A stretch of DNA of 64,000 nucleotides, from assembly GCA_963678065.2 (NCBI GenBank), contig CAXXVZ010000002.1:576001-640000 (forward strand), given 5' to 3'. Below the pieces are notes generated by a model, which saw nothing but the letters and a program-made list of their open reading frames with translations, did not search any database and was not told where the DNA came from. The DNA comes from Treponemataceae bacterium. Its GTDB lineage: Bacteria > Spirochaetota > Spirochaetia > Treponematales > Rectinemataceae. The position numbers and the translations under genes were made by a program. Within the stretch, counting starts at the first letter, position 1, and each line of letters opens with the position of its first letter. This document shows, piece after piece, positions 1 through 10,067 of this stretch.

Positions 1-2
1 GG

Positions 3-692
3 ATGATCCTGTCCGAAAAACTGGCCGCGGTCGGGCTCTTGTCGGCGGGAGTCGCCCACGAGATCAACAATCCGCTCGAGACGATCTGCAACTCCGTCGA
101 CTTCCTCAAAATGAAGGTTACGGAGGAGAAACAGGCCAGGGCGCTGTCGCGGATCGAGGGGGAGGTAGCGGCGATCGGACACATCGTCGGGAACCTCATG
201 GCGTTCTCCGGCCGGAACAGGAGCCCGGAGGAGCGCTTCGATCTGGGGGAATTGCTGTCGGAGACGGTTTCCCTCCTGCGGTACAACGCGCGGTTCTCCG
301 GAACAAAGATCGTGTACCGCGGGCCGGATTCGCCCCTCGGGATCACAGCGGTGCGGACGGAAATCAGACAGGTTTTCCTCAACCTCATCAAGAACGGCCT
401 TGAGGCCATGCCGGATGGCGGCAATCTCGAAGTGCTGCTCCGCCGGGAACATGAGGGCGACCAGAGCTGGGCGGTCGGCATCGTGGAGGACCGCGGCACG
501 GGGCTCGGGACCGGGACCGGCACGACGATTTTCCTGCCCTTCTTCTCGACGAAAAGCGGAGCCGAGGGGCACATGGGACTTGGACTTTCGATTTCATACG
601 GAATCATCAACAAACTTGGCGGATCCATCGCCGCGGAGAACATCGAACCGCGGGGATGTCGATTCACCGTCCGCATACCGGCCTGTGGCTGA
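3..692 (+). CDS. Sensor histidine kinase, C-terminal HisKA + HATPase part (probably 5'-truncated by the window)
   Basis: H-box 'AGVAHEINNPL', N-box 'VFLNLIKNGLEA', 'EDRGTG', 'FFSTK', 'GLGLSISYGII'. Confidence 0.9.
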   Translation: MILSEKLAAVGLLSAGVAHEINNPLETICNSVDFLKMKVTEEKQARALSRIEGEVAAIGHIVGNLMAFSGRNRSPEERFDLGELLSETVSLLRYNARFSGTKIVYRGPDSPLGITAVRTEIRQVFLNLIKNGLEAMPDGGNLEVLLRREHEGDQSWAVGIVEDRGTGLGTGTGTTIFLPFFSTKSGAEGHMGLGLSISYGIINKLGGSIAAENIEPRGCRFTVRIPACG

Positions 693-710
693 AGCGGGAG
701 AGGAGAGACA

Positions 711-1910
711 ATGGACCTTTGCGTCGGACAGGAAATCGACGAGATCGTCGAAAAGGGTATGGCTGACCGGGTATTCCCCGGCATCGTCTGCGGCGTATGG
801 AAGGACGGGAGGGAAGTCTACAGCCTCGTCAAAGGTCACGCAGTGCCGCCCGACGACCCGGAACTCGCCGCGCGTCCGATGGCGCGCGACACCGTTTTCG
901 ACTTGGCCTCCCTCACGAAGCCTTTGTCCACGGCGATACTCGTCATGAAGGCTGTCGAGGCGGGGGCCCTCAGGTTGGACGACACTGTTTCCCGCTTTTT
1001 GCGGGGCCCCGCCCCGGGATACGCTTCGCCGGCCGCCTCCGCCATCCCCGTCCGTGAGCTGTTGACTCACACGGGCGGGCTTCCCGCCATTCCGGCCCTC
1101 GAAAAATACTTCCCCGATCCTTTCCACATCGACCGGAACGAGGCTGTTGCGAGGCTTCTCGCCATCGCGCCCGAGCGCCCTTTCGGAGAGTCGGTCGTCT
1201 ACTCCTGCACGGGATTCATGCTCCTCGGTCTCATCCTTGAGAGCGTCTCCGGGCTGAGTCTGGGTGAACTTTTCCGTCGCGAACTCGCGCGGCCGCTGGG
1301 GCTCGCGGGCGCGGGATTCGCGCCGGAGCTCGGGCAGGACCCGCGGGATGCCGGGCCGGACACAGCCTCGCGTGGATCGGGTCCGGCCCTCTTCCCCGGC
1401 GCGGCGCCGACCGAGTTCTGCGCCTGGAGGAAGCGGCGGATCTGCGCTCAGGTCCACGACGAGAGCTCCTGGTGCCTCGGCGGACAGGCGGGGAATGCGG
1501 GGTTTTTCGCCACGCTCGACGATGTGGCGGCGATCGCCTCGATCTATCTGCAGGAGGGCCTGTCGTGGGGAGGGCGCGACGGGACACAGGGCGTACGGAT
1601 TCTCGAGCGGGACACTGTCCGTCTCATGACCACTCCTCAGACAGAGGCCGCCGGAGAGCGAAGATCCTTGGGCCTGCGCCTCCACGATCAGGATACGCTG
1701 GACGGGCCGGCCTGGCCCGACTCGAGCTTCGGTCACACGGGTTTCACCGGCACGAGCGTGTTCATGGATCCCGGAAGCCGCCTCATGGCTGTGTGCCTCA
1801 CGAACCGGGTCTACTATGGCCGCGAACAGACCGTGCTGAAAATGCCGGTGTTCAGGCGGGCCTTCCACACGGCGGTGTACAGGCGCTTTGCCGGAACACC
1901 CGCTCTCTAG
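711..1910 (+). CDS. Serine hydrolase, beta-lactamase class C / AmpC-like family
   Basis: SxxK 'FDLASLTK', 'LLTHTGGL', 'YSCTG', 'GHTGFTGT'; purine-rich RBS upstream. Confidence 0.9.
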   Translation: MDLCVGQEIDEIVEKGMADRVFPGIVCGVWKDGREVYSLVKGHAVPPDDPELAARPMARDTVFDLASLTKPLSTAILVMKAVEAGALRLDDTVSRFLRGPAPGYASPAASAIPVRELLTHTGGLPAIPALEKYFPDPFHIDRNEAVARLLAIAPERPFGESVVYSCTGFMLLGLILESVSGLSLGELFRRELARPLGLAGAGFAPELGQDPRDAGPDTASRGSGPALFPGAAPTEFCAWRKRRICAQVHDESSWCLGGQAGNAGFFATLDDVAAIASIYLQEGLSWGGRDGTQGVRILERDTVRLMTTPQTEAAGERRSLGLRLHDQDTLDGPAWPDSSFGHTGFTGTSVFMDPGSRLMAVCLTNRVYYGREQTVLKMPVFRRAFHTAVYRRFAGTPAL

Positions 1911-1916
1911 TGCGCG

Positions 1917-4900
1917 TCACAGCCCCGCCTGGTCTCCGGAGGCGGGGACCAACCTGACTGTCTTGATCTCGAAGGCGCGGAAATCGAGGGATATGGCGCC
2001 TCCACTGATGGACAGCACGCGCCCTCCTTGTTCCAGCATATCGGTCTCGACGGCGCTCTCCAGAGCGAAATCCGTCCGGAGAGCGCAGCGGGTCGCCGTA
2101 CCGTAGCACTCGTAGAGCCTCAGCATGATGTCCCCCGAACCGTCTTCGGGAGGTTTTGCCGTTTCGAGCACGACGCCGGGCTTGTCCAGGACAAAGATCG
2201 AGCGCGATCCGTCGCCGGGGTCCGGGACCGGGCGCGGAAGAACGGGAGAGTTGAGATTGTAGGCTTCCCGGACAAGGCCGCTCTCTCCGAGAGGCGAGTT
2301 CCAGAAATACAGAGCGTAGGTGAACTCCTGGATGCCGCGGTCGGCCTGCATGTCGGGCACCCACGCGGCTTTCAGGAGCGTGAGGGCGATGATTGAGTCG
2401 CGCACGCTCACCCCGTACTTGCAGTCGTTGAGCAGGGCGAAACCCCGCCCCGGTTCGGCGATGGCCGTCCACTTGTGCTGACTGACCTCGTAACGGTCGG
2501 CGTCGTGCCGCCGGGAAGAGTGGGCGGGGCGCCTTACGTGGCCGAACTGGATTTCGCTCAGGGCCTCGTCCGCGCGGAAGGCCACCGGGAAGGCGACTTT
2601 GAGGAGTCTGTGGTTTTCCCTCCAGTCGATGCGGGTGCGGAAATCCACCCGAACCGAACCGCGGCGCAGAACAATCTCCTGAGTGAGTCCGGAGTCCGCG
2701 ATGCTCCGCTCGATCCTGACGCGGGCGACGAGCGGCCCCTTGTCCAGAACGATCATCCGGGCTGGGCTGTCCAGGACAACCGGCACGCTCTCGTACATGC
2801 TGTCGATGTCCCAGGCGTCGTAATTCGTCGTGACGTCTTTGTAGAGCCTGAACTCGTTGCAGTTTCCGGCGGCGAGTTCCCGGCCTTGCGTGAGGTCGAA
2901 TATGCTCGAGATCGAGCCGAAGCGGTCCAGGACGATGCGCGTGAGGCCGTTGGACATGACGATGCCGGTGCCCGAGTCGGCAACCTCGACATCGCAGACG
3001 CCGGCGCAGAGGCCGGCGTTGGGGACTTCGACATCGCGTGCGCCCGCGCCCCGGGGCGCGCCGCCGACTGCCCGCGGCTCCGTGTCGGATACCGTTGCGC
3101 CCTCCCCGGCCGGCGCTTCACCGCTCCCGGATAAAAGTTCGCCGCCGCCGGGCACCATTCTCTCGCGATCAGGCAGGATCCTGATCGTCGACCAGCCGCA
3201 AGGCGGCAGGTCGACGAGAGCGAGGCTTCCGGCCTCCGTTTCCTGGACCGGCAGAACTTTCCTGCCGGTTTCTTCCCATGCTTTCCTGCCGGCATCTTCC
3301 CCCGGTTCTCCATCGGCGACGCGGAAGGCGCTCGCGCCCTTCGGGATCGGGACGAGCTCGGCGCGCTCCCACGAGAGCGAATTGTAGACGCGAAGGAATT
3401 CCGGGGAGCGGGAATCGCCGCCGTGCGGCTCATCCTCGGCGCACAGGACAGCCTCGAGAGAGGCGAGCGCCAGATCGCGCACAGAGCGGGCGTCGCGGGC
3501 CACCCCAGCGAGTTCGGCTTCGGCCTCCTCGTGCACGCGGCGGATCGAGGCTCCGGTGATCACATCGTGGAAATGGTTCATGAGAAGGCTTTGCCAGATG
3601 CGTTCCATGAGTTCGCGCGGATAGGCCATGACGGCTCCCGAGGCGGACCCGATGCCTGTCGCGACGGAAGCCCAGAACTCGGCCTCGCGCAGCGCGAACT
3701 CGGCCAGCCTGTTCGCCCGCTTGGTGCGGGCCTGCGAGGTGTAGGTGCCGCGGTGCTCGGAAAAATAAAGTTCCCCGACGTACACGTCCTTGGGGAGTCC
3801 ACGCCTCTCGATGTCCCGGAAGAAATCGGCGGGATGGCTCATCCGCGTCCGGGGTATCCCCTCGAGGTCGCCGAGTCTGCGCGTGAACTCGAGCATCGTC
3901 CGCGTCGGACCACCGCCGCCGTCGCCGTATCCGAAGGGAAAGAGGTAGGTCGAGATCCCGTCCTTCTGTATCCGGTCGGTGTCCCAGCGCCGCGAGAGAG
4001 TCGCCGGATCGATCTGCGAGTTGCACTTGCGGAAGACGTGGGACAATACCCGCGTGCCGTCCAGCCCCTGCCACATGAATATCGAGTAGGGGAAGGGCTC
4101 GCCGTCGCTGTAGGTGTCGGCGATTTTCTTCGTCGCAAACCAGGAGAGGCCGCAACCTTTCATGATCTGCGGCAGGGCGGCCGAAAAACCGAAGGTGTCG
4201 GGCAGCCACAGGACGCTCGTGTCGGAGCCGAGTTCCTCCCGGAAAAAGCGCTTCGCGAACAGAATCTGCCGTATCAGGGCCTCGCCCGAAGGCAGGTTGG
4301 TGTCAGGCTCGAGCCACATTCCGCCCTCGGCCATCGCGCGTCCCTCGAGGAGCCGCCTCCGGGTCCGCTCCCAGATCTCCGGATAGTGCTCCTTCAGCAT
4401 GAGAAAGAGCGGAACCTGGCAGAAGAGATAGCGGTATTCGGGGTACTCGTCCATGAGGGCGAGCTGAGTCGACATGGTGCGCGCCGACTTGCGCACTGTC
4501 TCCTGCCGCGGCCACTTCCAGGCGAGGTCGAGGTGGGACTGGCCGAAAATGAACATCGTCGGGGCCGTCGATCCGTTCACGCAGGCGAGCAGGGGGGCGA
4601 GCCTCGCGCGGGCGGCGACGAACGAGGCCTCGCGCGCTTCCGCAGATGTCTCGAAATCGACGATCCTGGTGAAGTCGCACAGGCCCTCGTCGATCTGCAA
4701 GACCCGCAGGGAGGACTCGCTCAGGCTGTCGCGGGTCTGTAAGAGTGTCTGTGCGTCGATCCAGAGGGCGAAAGCCTCATCGTTCCAGATGCCGAAACTG
4801 CTCTCGCCGACGGTCTGCTGGGCCGGCCCCGGCTCGGGCATGGGAATCCTGCCCGGGGGCACCGGCCCGACACTCTCCTCGGTGAGCCCGTGCCCCGCGT

Positions 4901-5297
4901 AGAACTCGGCGAGGATTCCGAACTTCCTGCCAGGCAGGGAATCAGGACCCGCACAGAGCGTGATTTCGCGGTGCTCGCGGTCCCGCGCGCCCGCGGCGAC
5001 GCCGTTCACGAAGACGAGCCCCTCCGCGCCCGGATTCGCCGCGAGAACGATCCTGCGACCACGGGCCTCCTCGGGAAGGGTTATGGCGGCGCGAAACCAG
5101 GCGTACTCCCACTTCGCGCCCCACTTCGTCCCGGCGGGCATCGGAGAAAAATCTCCGCGCACGGCCTCTTCGGGCCCGAGGCGCTCCGCTGTCACGAAAC
5201 CTTCGAAATCGACGACGCCGAGCGGCGCATAGAAATGCCGGGGCAATTCAGTCATCCAGTTCCTGACGCGGCCGGTCCACTCGCGTGTCAATGCCAT
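1917..5297 (-). CDS. Alpha-mannosidase, glycoside hydrolase family 38
   Basis: 'SHLDLAWKWP', nucleophile motif 'WLPDTFG', 'FGYGDGGGGPT', 'GELYFSEHRGTYTSQ', 'HFHDVITG'. Confidence 0.95.
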   Translation of the reverse strand: MALTREWTGRVRNWMTELPRHFYAPLGVVDFEGFVTAERLGPEEAVRGDFSPMPAGTKWGAKWEYAWFRAAITLPEEARGRRIVLAANPGAEGLVFVNGVAAGARDREHREITLCAGPDSLPGRKFGILAEFYAGHGLTEESVGPVPPGRIPMPEPGPAQQTVGESSFGIWNDEAFALWIDAQTLLQTRDSLSESSLRVLQIDEGLCDFTRIVDFETSAEAREASFVAARARLAPLLACVNGSTAPTMFIFGQSHLDLAWKWPRQETVRKSARTMSTQLALMDEYPEYRYLFCQVPLFLMLKEHYPEIWERTRRRLLEGRAMAEGGMWLEPDTNLPSGEALIRQILFAKRFFREELGSDTSVLWLPDTFGFSAALPQIMKGCGLSWFATKKIADTYSDGEPFPYSIFMWQGLDGTRVLSHVFRKCNSQIDPATLSRRWDTDRIQKDGISTYLFPFGYGDGGGGPTRTMLEFTRRLGDLEGIPRTRMSHPADFFRDIERRGLPKDVYVGELYFSEHRGTYTSQARTKRANRLAEFALREAEFWASVATGIGSASGAVMAYPRELMERIWQSLLMNHFHDVITGASIRRVHEEAEAELAGVARDARSVRDLALASLEAVLCAEDEPHGGDSRSPEFLRVYNSLSWERAELVPIPKGASAFRVADGEPGEDAGRKAWEETGRKVLPVQETEAGSLALVDLPPCGWSTIRILPDRERMVPGGGELLSGSGEAPAGEGATVSDTEPRAVGGAPRGAGARDVEVPNAGLCAGVCDVEVADSGTGIVMSNGLTRIVLDRFGSISSIFDLTQGRELAAGNCNEFRLYKDVTTNYDAWDIDSMYESVPVVLDSPARMIVLDKGPLVARVRIERSIADSGLTQEIVLRRGSVRVDFRTRIDWRENHRLLKVAFPVAFRADEALSEIQFGHVRRPAHSSRRHDADRYEVSQHKWTAIAEPGRGFALLNDCKYGVSVRDSIIALTLLKAAWVPDMQADRGIQEFTYALYFWNSPLGESGLVREAYNLNSPVLPRPVPDPGDGSRSIFVLDKPGVVLETAKPPEDGSGDIMLRLYECYGTATRCALRTDFALESAVETDMLEQGGRVLSISGGAISLDFRAFEIKTVRLVPASGDQAGL

Positions 5298-5300
5298 CGG

Positions 5301-6422
5301 CTATATCCTTCCTGTCGAGTCCCGGCCCCCGCCGGAGGCTCTCCGATCCGCGAGCGCGCGGGCGAGCCTTTGCGCTCCCTGAACGACATCCTCGCGCGAG
5401 TTCTTCTTTCCCAGCTCGAGCACCTTGATGGGCGCCGCCTCGATCAGGTCGAGGTAGCCGTCGAGTCCCTCGCGGGAGTAGGGCGCGAAATGATCGTCGA
5501 CCCCGTCCACGTCGTGGATGTGGACACCCTCCAGGCGCGCAAGGAGCGCGCGGGCTTCCTCCCTGTCGTCGAAAAAACCGAGATGCCGCATCATGGCGCC
5601 GTGCCCCGTGTCGAACCACATCCCGAGAGGAGCCCCGGCCAGGGCACCGAGAATCCGGCGCATCTGCGCGAAGTCGGGAATCTGCCAGCACATGGGACGG
5701 TTTTCGATGCCCAGCCTCACGTCCAGGTTCTCGCGTACGATGAAACCGGCGACTTCCTCGAGGCTTTCGATGATCCGACCGAGTTCCGGCTCCGCGCACA
5801 GGTCGCGGTATTCGATAAACTCGCGGAAGACGGCGTCGAATTCCGCGTCGCCACGCCTCAGGCCCCGGCTGTACAGGGCCTTCAGTTCGGTGTCGTAGGC
5901 CTCGACGGGACGACTTTCGGAATAACGACCCGCGCCGGAATCCGGCCATAGGCCCAGCCCCGGCCTCGAACGCAGACCAGAACCAGGGTCTTTGCCCGTC
6001 GTACCTGTACCGGCCGCGGAACGGGGCGGCAGCACGCCGGGATGCACGACGACGACCCGGGCGCCGAGCTCGGATGCCATCCTCACCGTCCCGACAGTGA
6101 GTTCGACCGCGCGTTTTCTCAGCTCCGGGTCGGCGTAGCCGAGGAGGCGGGAATCCGTGTCGAAACGAGAATCCGGGACCTTGGGGAAAACGTTGTGGAG
6201 GCTCGGGACTTCGATCTCACCCCGCTCCACCATCGGCCTGATCGTCGCGAGGGCCTCTTCGGAGATCTGGTAGTTCAACTCGACTTTCCGGAATCCCAGA
6301 TCGACGATCTCCTCAATTATCGTTCGTCCGACGGGGGAATTGCGCCAGTTCCACGAAGTGGAGAAGGAAAACCGGTCCAGCCCGGCGGCAAGCTCCTCAG
6401 AACCGGCGCGGGACGAGCTCAC
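5301..6422 (-). CDS. Sugar phosphate isomerase/epimerase-type TIM-barrel protein (xylose isomerase-like / AP endonuclease 2 fold)
   Basis: 'SLHN', 'VVVHPG', 'GIENR', 'WFDTGH', 'VHIHD'. Start moved to the GTG at 6422 that overlaps the upstream TGA (GTGA); the N-terminal extension in the ORF track is out-of-frame overlap. Confidence 0.8.
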   Translation of the reverse strand: MSSSRAGSEELAAGLDRFSFSTSWNWRNSPVGRTIIEEIVDLGFRKVELNYQISEEALATIRPMVERGEIEVPSLHNVFPKVPDSRFDTDSRLLGYADPELRKRAVELTVGTVRMASELGARVVVVHPGVLPPRSAAGTGTTGKDPGSGLRSRPGLGLWPDSGAGRYSESRPVEAYDTELKALYSRGLRRGDAEFDAVFREFIEYRDLCAEPELGRIIESLEEVAGFIVRENLDVRLGIENRPMCWQIPDFAQMRRILGALAGAPLGMWFDTGHGAMMRHLGFFDDREEARALLARLEGVHIHDVDGVDDHFAPYSREGLDGYLDLIEAAPIKVLELGKKNSREDVVQGAQRLARALADRRASGGGRDSTGRI

Positions 6423-8308
6423 TGCACTCTCCCGCGCGGGATGCGCCTGATCGACACGACGCGGTCGAAGGGAGTGAAGGCGGTAAAGTACACCGAGAAG
6501 TGATCGCGGCTCCGGGATTCGCTTCCATACGTCCCGCCCGTATCCCTGTGCGCGGCGAAAGCGGGCCCGATCGCCAGCGCGTCCCCGCCGAGCGAGGCCC
6601 GGACCTCGCCTTCGCGGACGAGGATCGATTCTCCCGCGCGGCCTTCGAGCCGGAATGAATCCGACTCGACGAGGCATCCCGACGCCAAGCCGAACTCGAG
6701 GCGGAAGGGCACGCCCTCCCATCCCTCGACGGAGAGGCGGATGTCGACCCCATCGCCCTCGACGCGCCCGGACACGGCGACGGCAAAGTCGAGATCGGGA
6801 CCGGCGAGGCGGGGCCTCGACCTGTTGTCCATCGCCCACCAGTCGCTCGTTCCCGGCGCCTCGTCGAAAGGAAGATAGTACCAGCCGGCGGCCTTGTACC
6901 GCAGGATGTAGGCGCCGTCCTCCTTTTCAATGGAATCGGCCCTGAACTCGCGCTTGTCGAACCAGGCGACGCCGAGCTTGAGATACACGGAGAAGGCGCC
7001 CGACTGGAAATACAGAAAGCGGCCGGAACCGCGCAAAAGGGAGTAGCTGAAATCTTTCCGCCTCACCCGCACGATGCCGGAATCCCGGTAAAAGCGTTCG
7101 TAGTCGGCGGAGAATGTCGAGCCTCCGTCCGGACCGCACAGGGGGATGGCAGCGAAGGCCTGCCAGACGCCGTCTGTCCCGCCCGGACTGGCGTCGTCTG
7201 GCCCGCGTGGACTGTCGCCGGCGCTGCTCTCGCTCTCGGCCCGCGCATAGTCGATCCCGCCGAACTCGAGCATGATCCAGTCGAGGAAATCCGGAGCGAC
7301 GCGTCCGGCCGCGATGATGCCGTCCATGATCCTGCGGGCGACCGCGAGGAATCCGGGCAGTTTGAGTTTTCCCCCCAGGTACAGGTAATTGAAGTAGTAG
7401 TTGTCGAGCCAGGTTTTGACGCCGCGGTCCTGCCGGGTCGAGTTGTTCGTGAACACGCTGCCGTCGGGCTCGATGTAGGTGAGCATCATTTCGAGGTTGC
7501 GTCTCGCGAATCCGAGATAGACCGGATCGGCCCTCTCGGCAGCGAGGATGATCATCTGGTCGTTGTTGACCATGTTGTAGTTGCCGGCCGAGCGCTCCGC
7601 GTATTCGCCCTCCCGGGTGCCGTCTATGCCCTCGCGCAGATAGTCCTCCGCCCGCGAGCGGTGTTTTTCGTTCCCGCCGATCGTGTAGCACGACGAGAGC
7701 GCGGCCGCGATGGCCCAGCGGTGATTCGGCGTGTGAAAGCCGCCCGCTGCCATTCCGTCTCCCGCCTTCAGGATGAGGGCGCGAAGTCTGGCCGCAATTT
7801 CCCCGAGGCGCAGAACAAGGCCCGCGCCGCCATCGCGGCCGGCGCACCCGGCAGCCTCGTTCTTCGCAGTTCCCGCGACATCGACGCCAGCCGGGCCCGC
7901 GCCGGCCTTGTTTTTCTCATCGGCCAGAAGCCTCTCGATCAGGCGGAGCGTGACGACGATCCGGTTGACGATGAAGGCGGTGTCGGGCGCCGAGCGGAAA
8001 TTGCAAGGCCTGTAATCGAAAGTCCCGTCCGGGTTCTGGACACGCTCGGCGTAGCCGAGAGCTTGCGAGAAGGCCTCCGGTATGGCCGGATTCAGGTAAT
8101 GGCGCGAGTCGCGGTTGAGGAAGACCGACATGGCCGCGGCGGCGAGGTGCAGCGTCGGCTTCGGGTCGGCGTATCCCCAGGTCATTCCGCCCCAATCGGC
8201 CACAACCGCCCCGAAGTCGGACGAGCGTGGATCCTCGATCCGGGCCGAAAGAAAGAGATCGGCCCTCGTTTCGGTGTCGCGGAGCATCCGCATCCAGTGT
8301 TCCCTCAC
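6419..8308 (-). CDS. Hypothetical carbohydrate-cluster protein, possibly helical-barrel N-domain plus beta-rich C-domain (lyase/heparinase II/III-like)
   Basis: Long ORF inside the operon; motifs 'GGFHTPNHRW', 'EYAERSAGNY', 'NNSTRQD', 'DSGIVRVR'; GGAGGG before GTG at 8308. Fold is inference. Confidence 0.65.
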   Translation of the reverse strand: MREHWMRMLRDTETRADLFLSARIEDPRSSDFGAVVADWGGMTWGYADPKPTLHLAAAAMSVFLNRDSRHYLNPAIPEAFSQALGYAERVQNPDGTFDYRPCNFRSAPDTAFIVNRIVVTLRLIERLLADEKNKAGAGPAGVDVAGTAKNEAAGCAGRDGGAGLVLRLGEIAARLRALILKAGDGMAAGGFHTPNHRWAIAAALSSCYTIGGNEKHRSRAEDYLREGIDGTREGEYAERSAGNYNMVNNDQMIILAAERADPVYLGFARRNLEMMLTYIEPDGSVFTNNSTRQDRGVKTWLDNYYFNYLYLGGKLKLPGFLAVARRIMDGIIAAGRVAPDFLDWIMLEFGGIDYARAESESSAGDSPRGPDDASPGGTDGVWQAFAAIPLCGPDGGSTFSADYERFYRDSGIVRVRRKDFSYSLLRGSGRFLYFQSGAFSVYLKLGVAWFDKREFRADSIEKEDGAYILRYKAAGWYYLPFDEAPGTSDWWAMDNRSRPRLAGPDLDFAVAVSGRVEGDGVDIRLSVEGWEGVPFRLEFGLASGCLVESDSFRLEGRAGESILVREGEVRASLGGDALAIGPAFAAHRDTGGTYGSESRSRDHFSVYFTAFTPFDRVVSIRRIPRGRVQ

Positions 8309-8360
8309 GCATCCCTCCACTACATTCGTCTTTTCCGATCCGCGCCATACCGGGCCGGCC

Positions 8361-9920
8361 TCAGTTCATTTCGTCATAGTAATCGTTTACTTCCTTCTGC
8401 ACATCTGCTCCGCCTGCCGCCATGTAGGTCTTGAGGAAATCGTCGAAGGACGAGACAGGGCGCGATCCGGTGATGATACCGATAAAGGCTTCGTCGCGGA
8501 TCTTCCTGAGCTCGGTGTCGTACTTCATCATCTTGGGCAGGCCGACCTGGATGAGCGACTGGATGCCGTACTTGTCGAATCCGAGCTTGTAGGCCCACTG
8601 CTCGCGCGGCTGCTTGAGCGGGAGCGGAACGGTGATCCACAGTTCGCAGCCGATCCTGCTCCAGTAGCTCGTGTCCTTGTCGTAGGGCGGAATGAAGGCG
8701 AAAGTGTCGGTCTCTTCGTCGAGAAGCTTCCAGTACTTGTCCTTGAAGCCGTACTGGATCGTGTTGCGCTCGACAAAGCTGTCGCTCGCGCTCTCGTCCA
8801 GAACCTGAAGGATCTTCTCGATCTTGCCGGGCGTCTTTTCGGCCAGCTTGCCGATCGTGAAGAAGTTCATGAGCATGTTGTACTGCTTGATGCCCTTCTT
8901 GCCGGTCGGACCGGTGAGAGGCATGCCGAACACGATCTCGGCCTTCGGATTGGCGGCGGGGAGTTCGAGGCCGTTCGCGACGGCGGGGGTGGGCTGGCGC
9001 TTGCCGTTCTCGTCGATGAGGTCGAAGGCTCCGGCCGTAGTCCAGTGGTAGTAGTTGCCGCGCGTGGAGAAGCCGATCCGGCCCTTGATGAAGGCGTGGG
9101 AGAGCTTGTTGTAGCCGCCCTGGTTTTCGCCTGTGATGAACTCGGGATCGAGGATTCCGTCCTTGTACCACTTGGCGAGAAGGGCGAGGGCGGTTTTAGC
9201 CTGGGAGGAGACGGTGGCATTGATGACCTTGCCGTTCTCGAGCATCCAGTAGTTCGTCTTCTCGTCGAAAGGAACGATTCCGAAGGCGCCGAAAACGGCC
9301 ATGAGTCCGTCCTTGGAGAGGCCGTAGGTGTCTTTCTTGCCGTTGCCGTCCGGGTCCTCGTTGGCAAACTTGTACATGAGGGTCTCGAACTCGGCGAGGG
9401 TTTCGGGAGTCTTCGTCACGCCGACTTTCTTCATCCAGTCCTTGCGGTAGACTAGAGGGATGCGGAACACATTCGTGGGATTGACCGCGGGGATGCCGTA
9501 CAGGGCCCCGTTCACCTTGCCCATGTCGAGGTAGCCGGGAGCGTAGGCCTCCAAAGCCTTGTACAGCCGCGGCGCGTTGGCCTTGAGGAGGGCCGGATCG
9601 ATTTTCGCGAGGACGCCCTGCTTCACGTAGGTGGTGAGGGTGGATGCCTCGCGGAGGTACATCAGATCGGGCACTTCACCCGCCGCGAGCTTGATGTTCA
9701 GGAGCTCGTGGTATTTCTGGTGGTCGATGTTGATCACCTGGAAATCGGCGTTGAACTTGTCGCCGTAGTACTTGAGCATCTCTCCGTCGGCGTCGGTGGG
9801 GGCCATCTGGTAGTTGGCCACCGTGATCTTCATCCGCTTGCCTGCCTGGGCCCATGCCGATCCGCTTAAGACGAGGGCGATGGCGACGACCGCGAGGGCC
9901 TTCGTTTTGAACAGCTTCAT
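8361..9920 (-). CDS. Carbohydrate ABC transporter substrate-binding protein (LplA-like)
   Basis: Signal peptide (AWA-Q), 'LAAGEVPDL', 'YRKDWMKKVG', 'DPDGNGKKDTYG'; RBS AAGGAGG before ATG 9920. Confidence 0.92.
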   Translation of the reverse strand: MKLFKTKALAVVAIALVLSGSAWAQAGKRMKITVANYQMAPTDADGEMLKYYGDKFNADFQVINIDHQKYHELLNIKLAAGEVPDLMYLREASTLTTYVKQGVLAKIDPALLKANAPRLYKALEAYAPGYLDMGKVNGALYGIPAVNPTNVFRIPLVYRKDWMKKVGVTKTPETLAEFETLMYKFANEDPDGNGKKDTYGLSKDGLMAVFGAFGIVPFDEKTNYWMLENGKVINATVSSQAKTALALLAKWYKDGILDPEFITGENQGGYNKLSHAFIKGRIGFSTRGNYYHWTTAGAFDLIDENGKRQPTPAVANGLELPAANPKAEIVFGMPLTGPTGKKGIKQYNMLMNFFTIGKLAEKTPGKIEKILQVLDESASDSFVERNTIQYGFKDKYWKLLDEETDTFAFIPPYDKDTSYWSRIGCELWITVPLPLKQPREQWAYKLGFDKYGIQSLIQVGLPKMMKYDTELRKIRDEAFIGIITGSRPVSSFDDFLKTYMAAGGADVQKEVNDYYDEMN

Positions 9921-10067
9921 AAAACCTCCTTCTTTCCGCATGTCGAATCTCTATATCGAGGGAGAGGCTCACCGCGCCTTCCTCCCCGTTTCCCGCATCG
10001 AAGGCACGACGGCGGACTACCGCGCCGCGCCTGCACCGCACATCCCCATTCCCGTCGCAAACGCCTC

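Noticed and set aside
711..1910. Beta-lactamase-like gene as an antibiotic-resistance determinant
   Set aside because: No signal peptide; the motifs fit the broad esterase/amidase family, so resistance cannot be inferred.
6423..6839. Arg-rich N-terminal extension of the TIM-barrel ORF
   Set aside because: It overlaps the upstream gene out of frame; the GTGA-coupled start at 6422 is more plausible.
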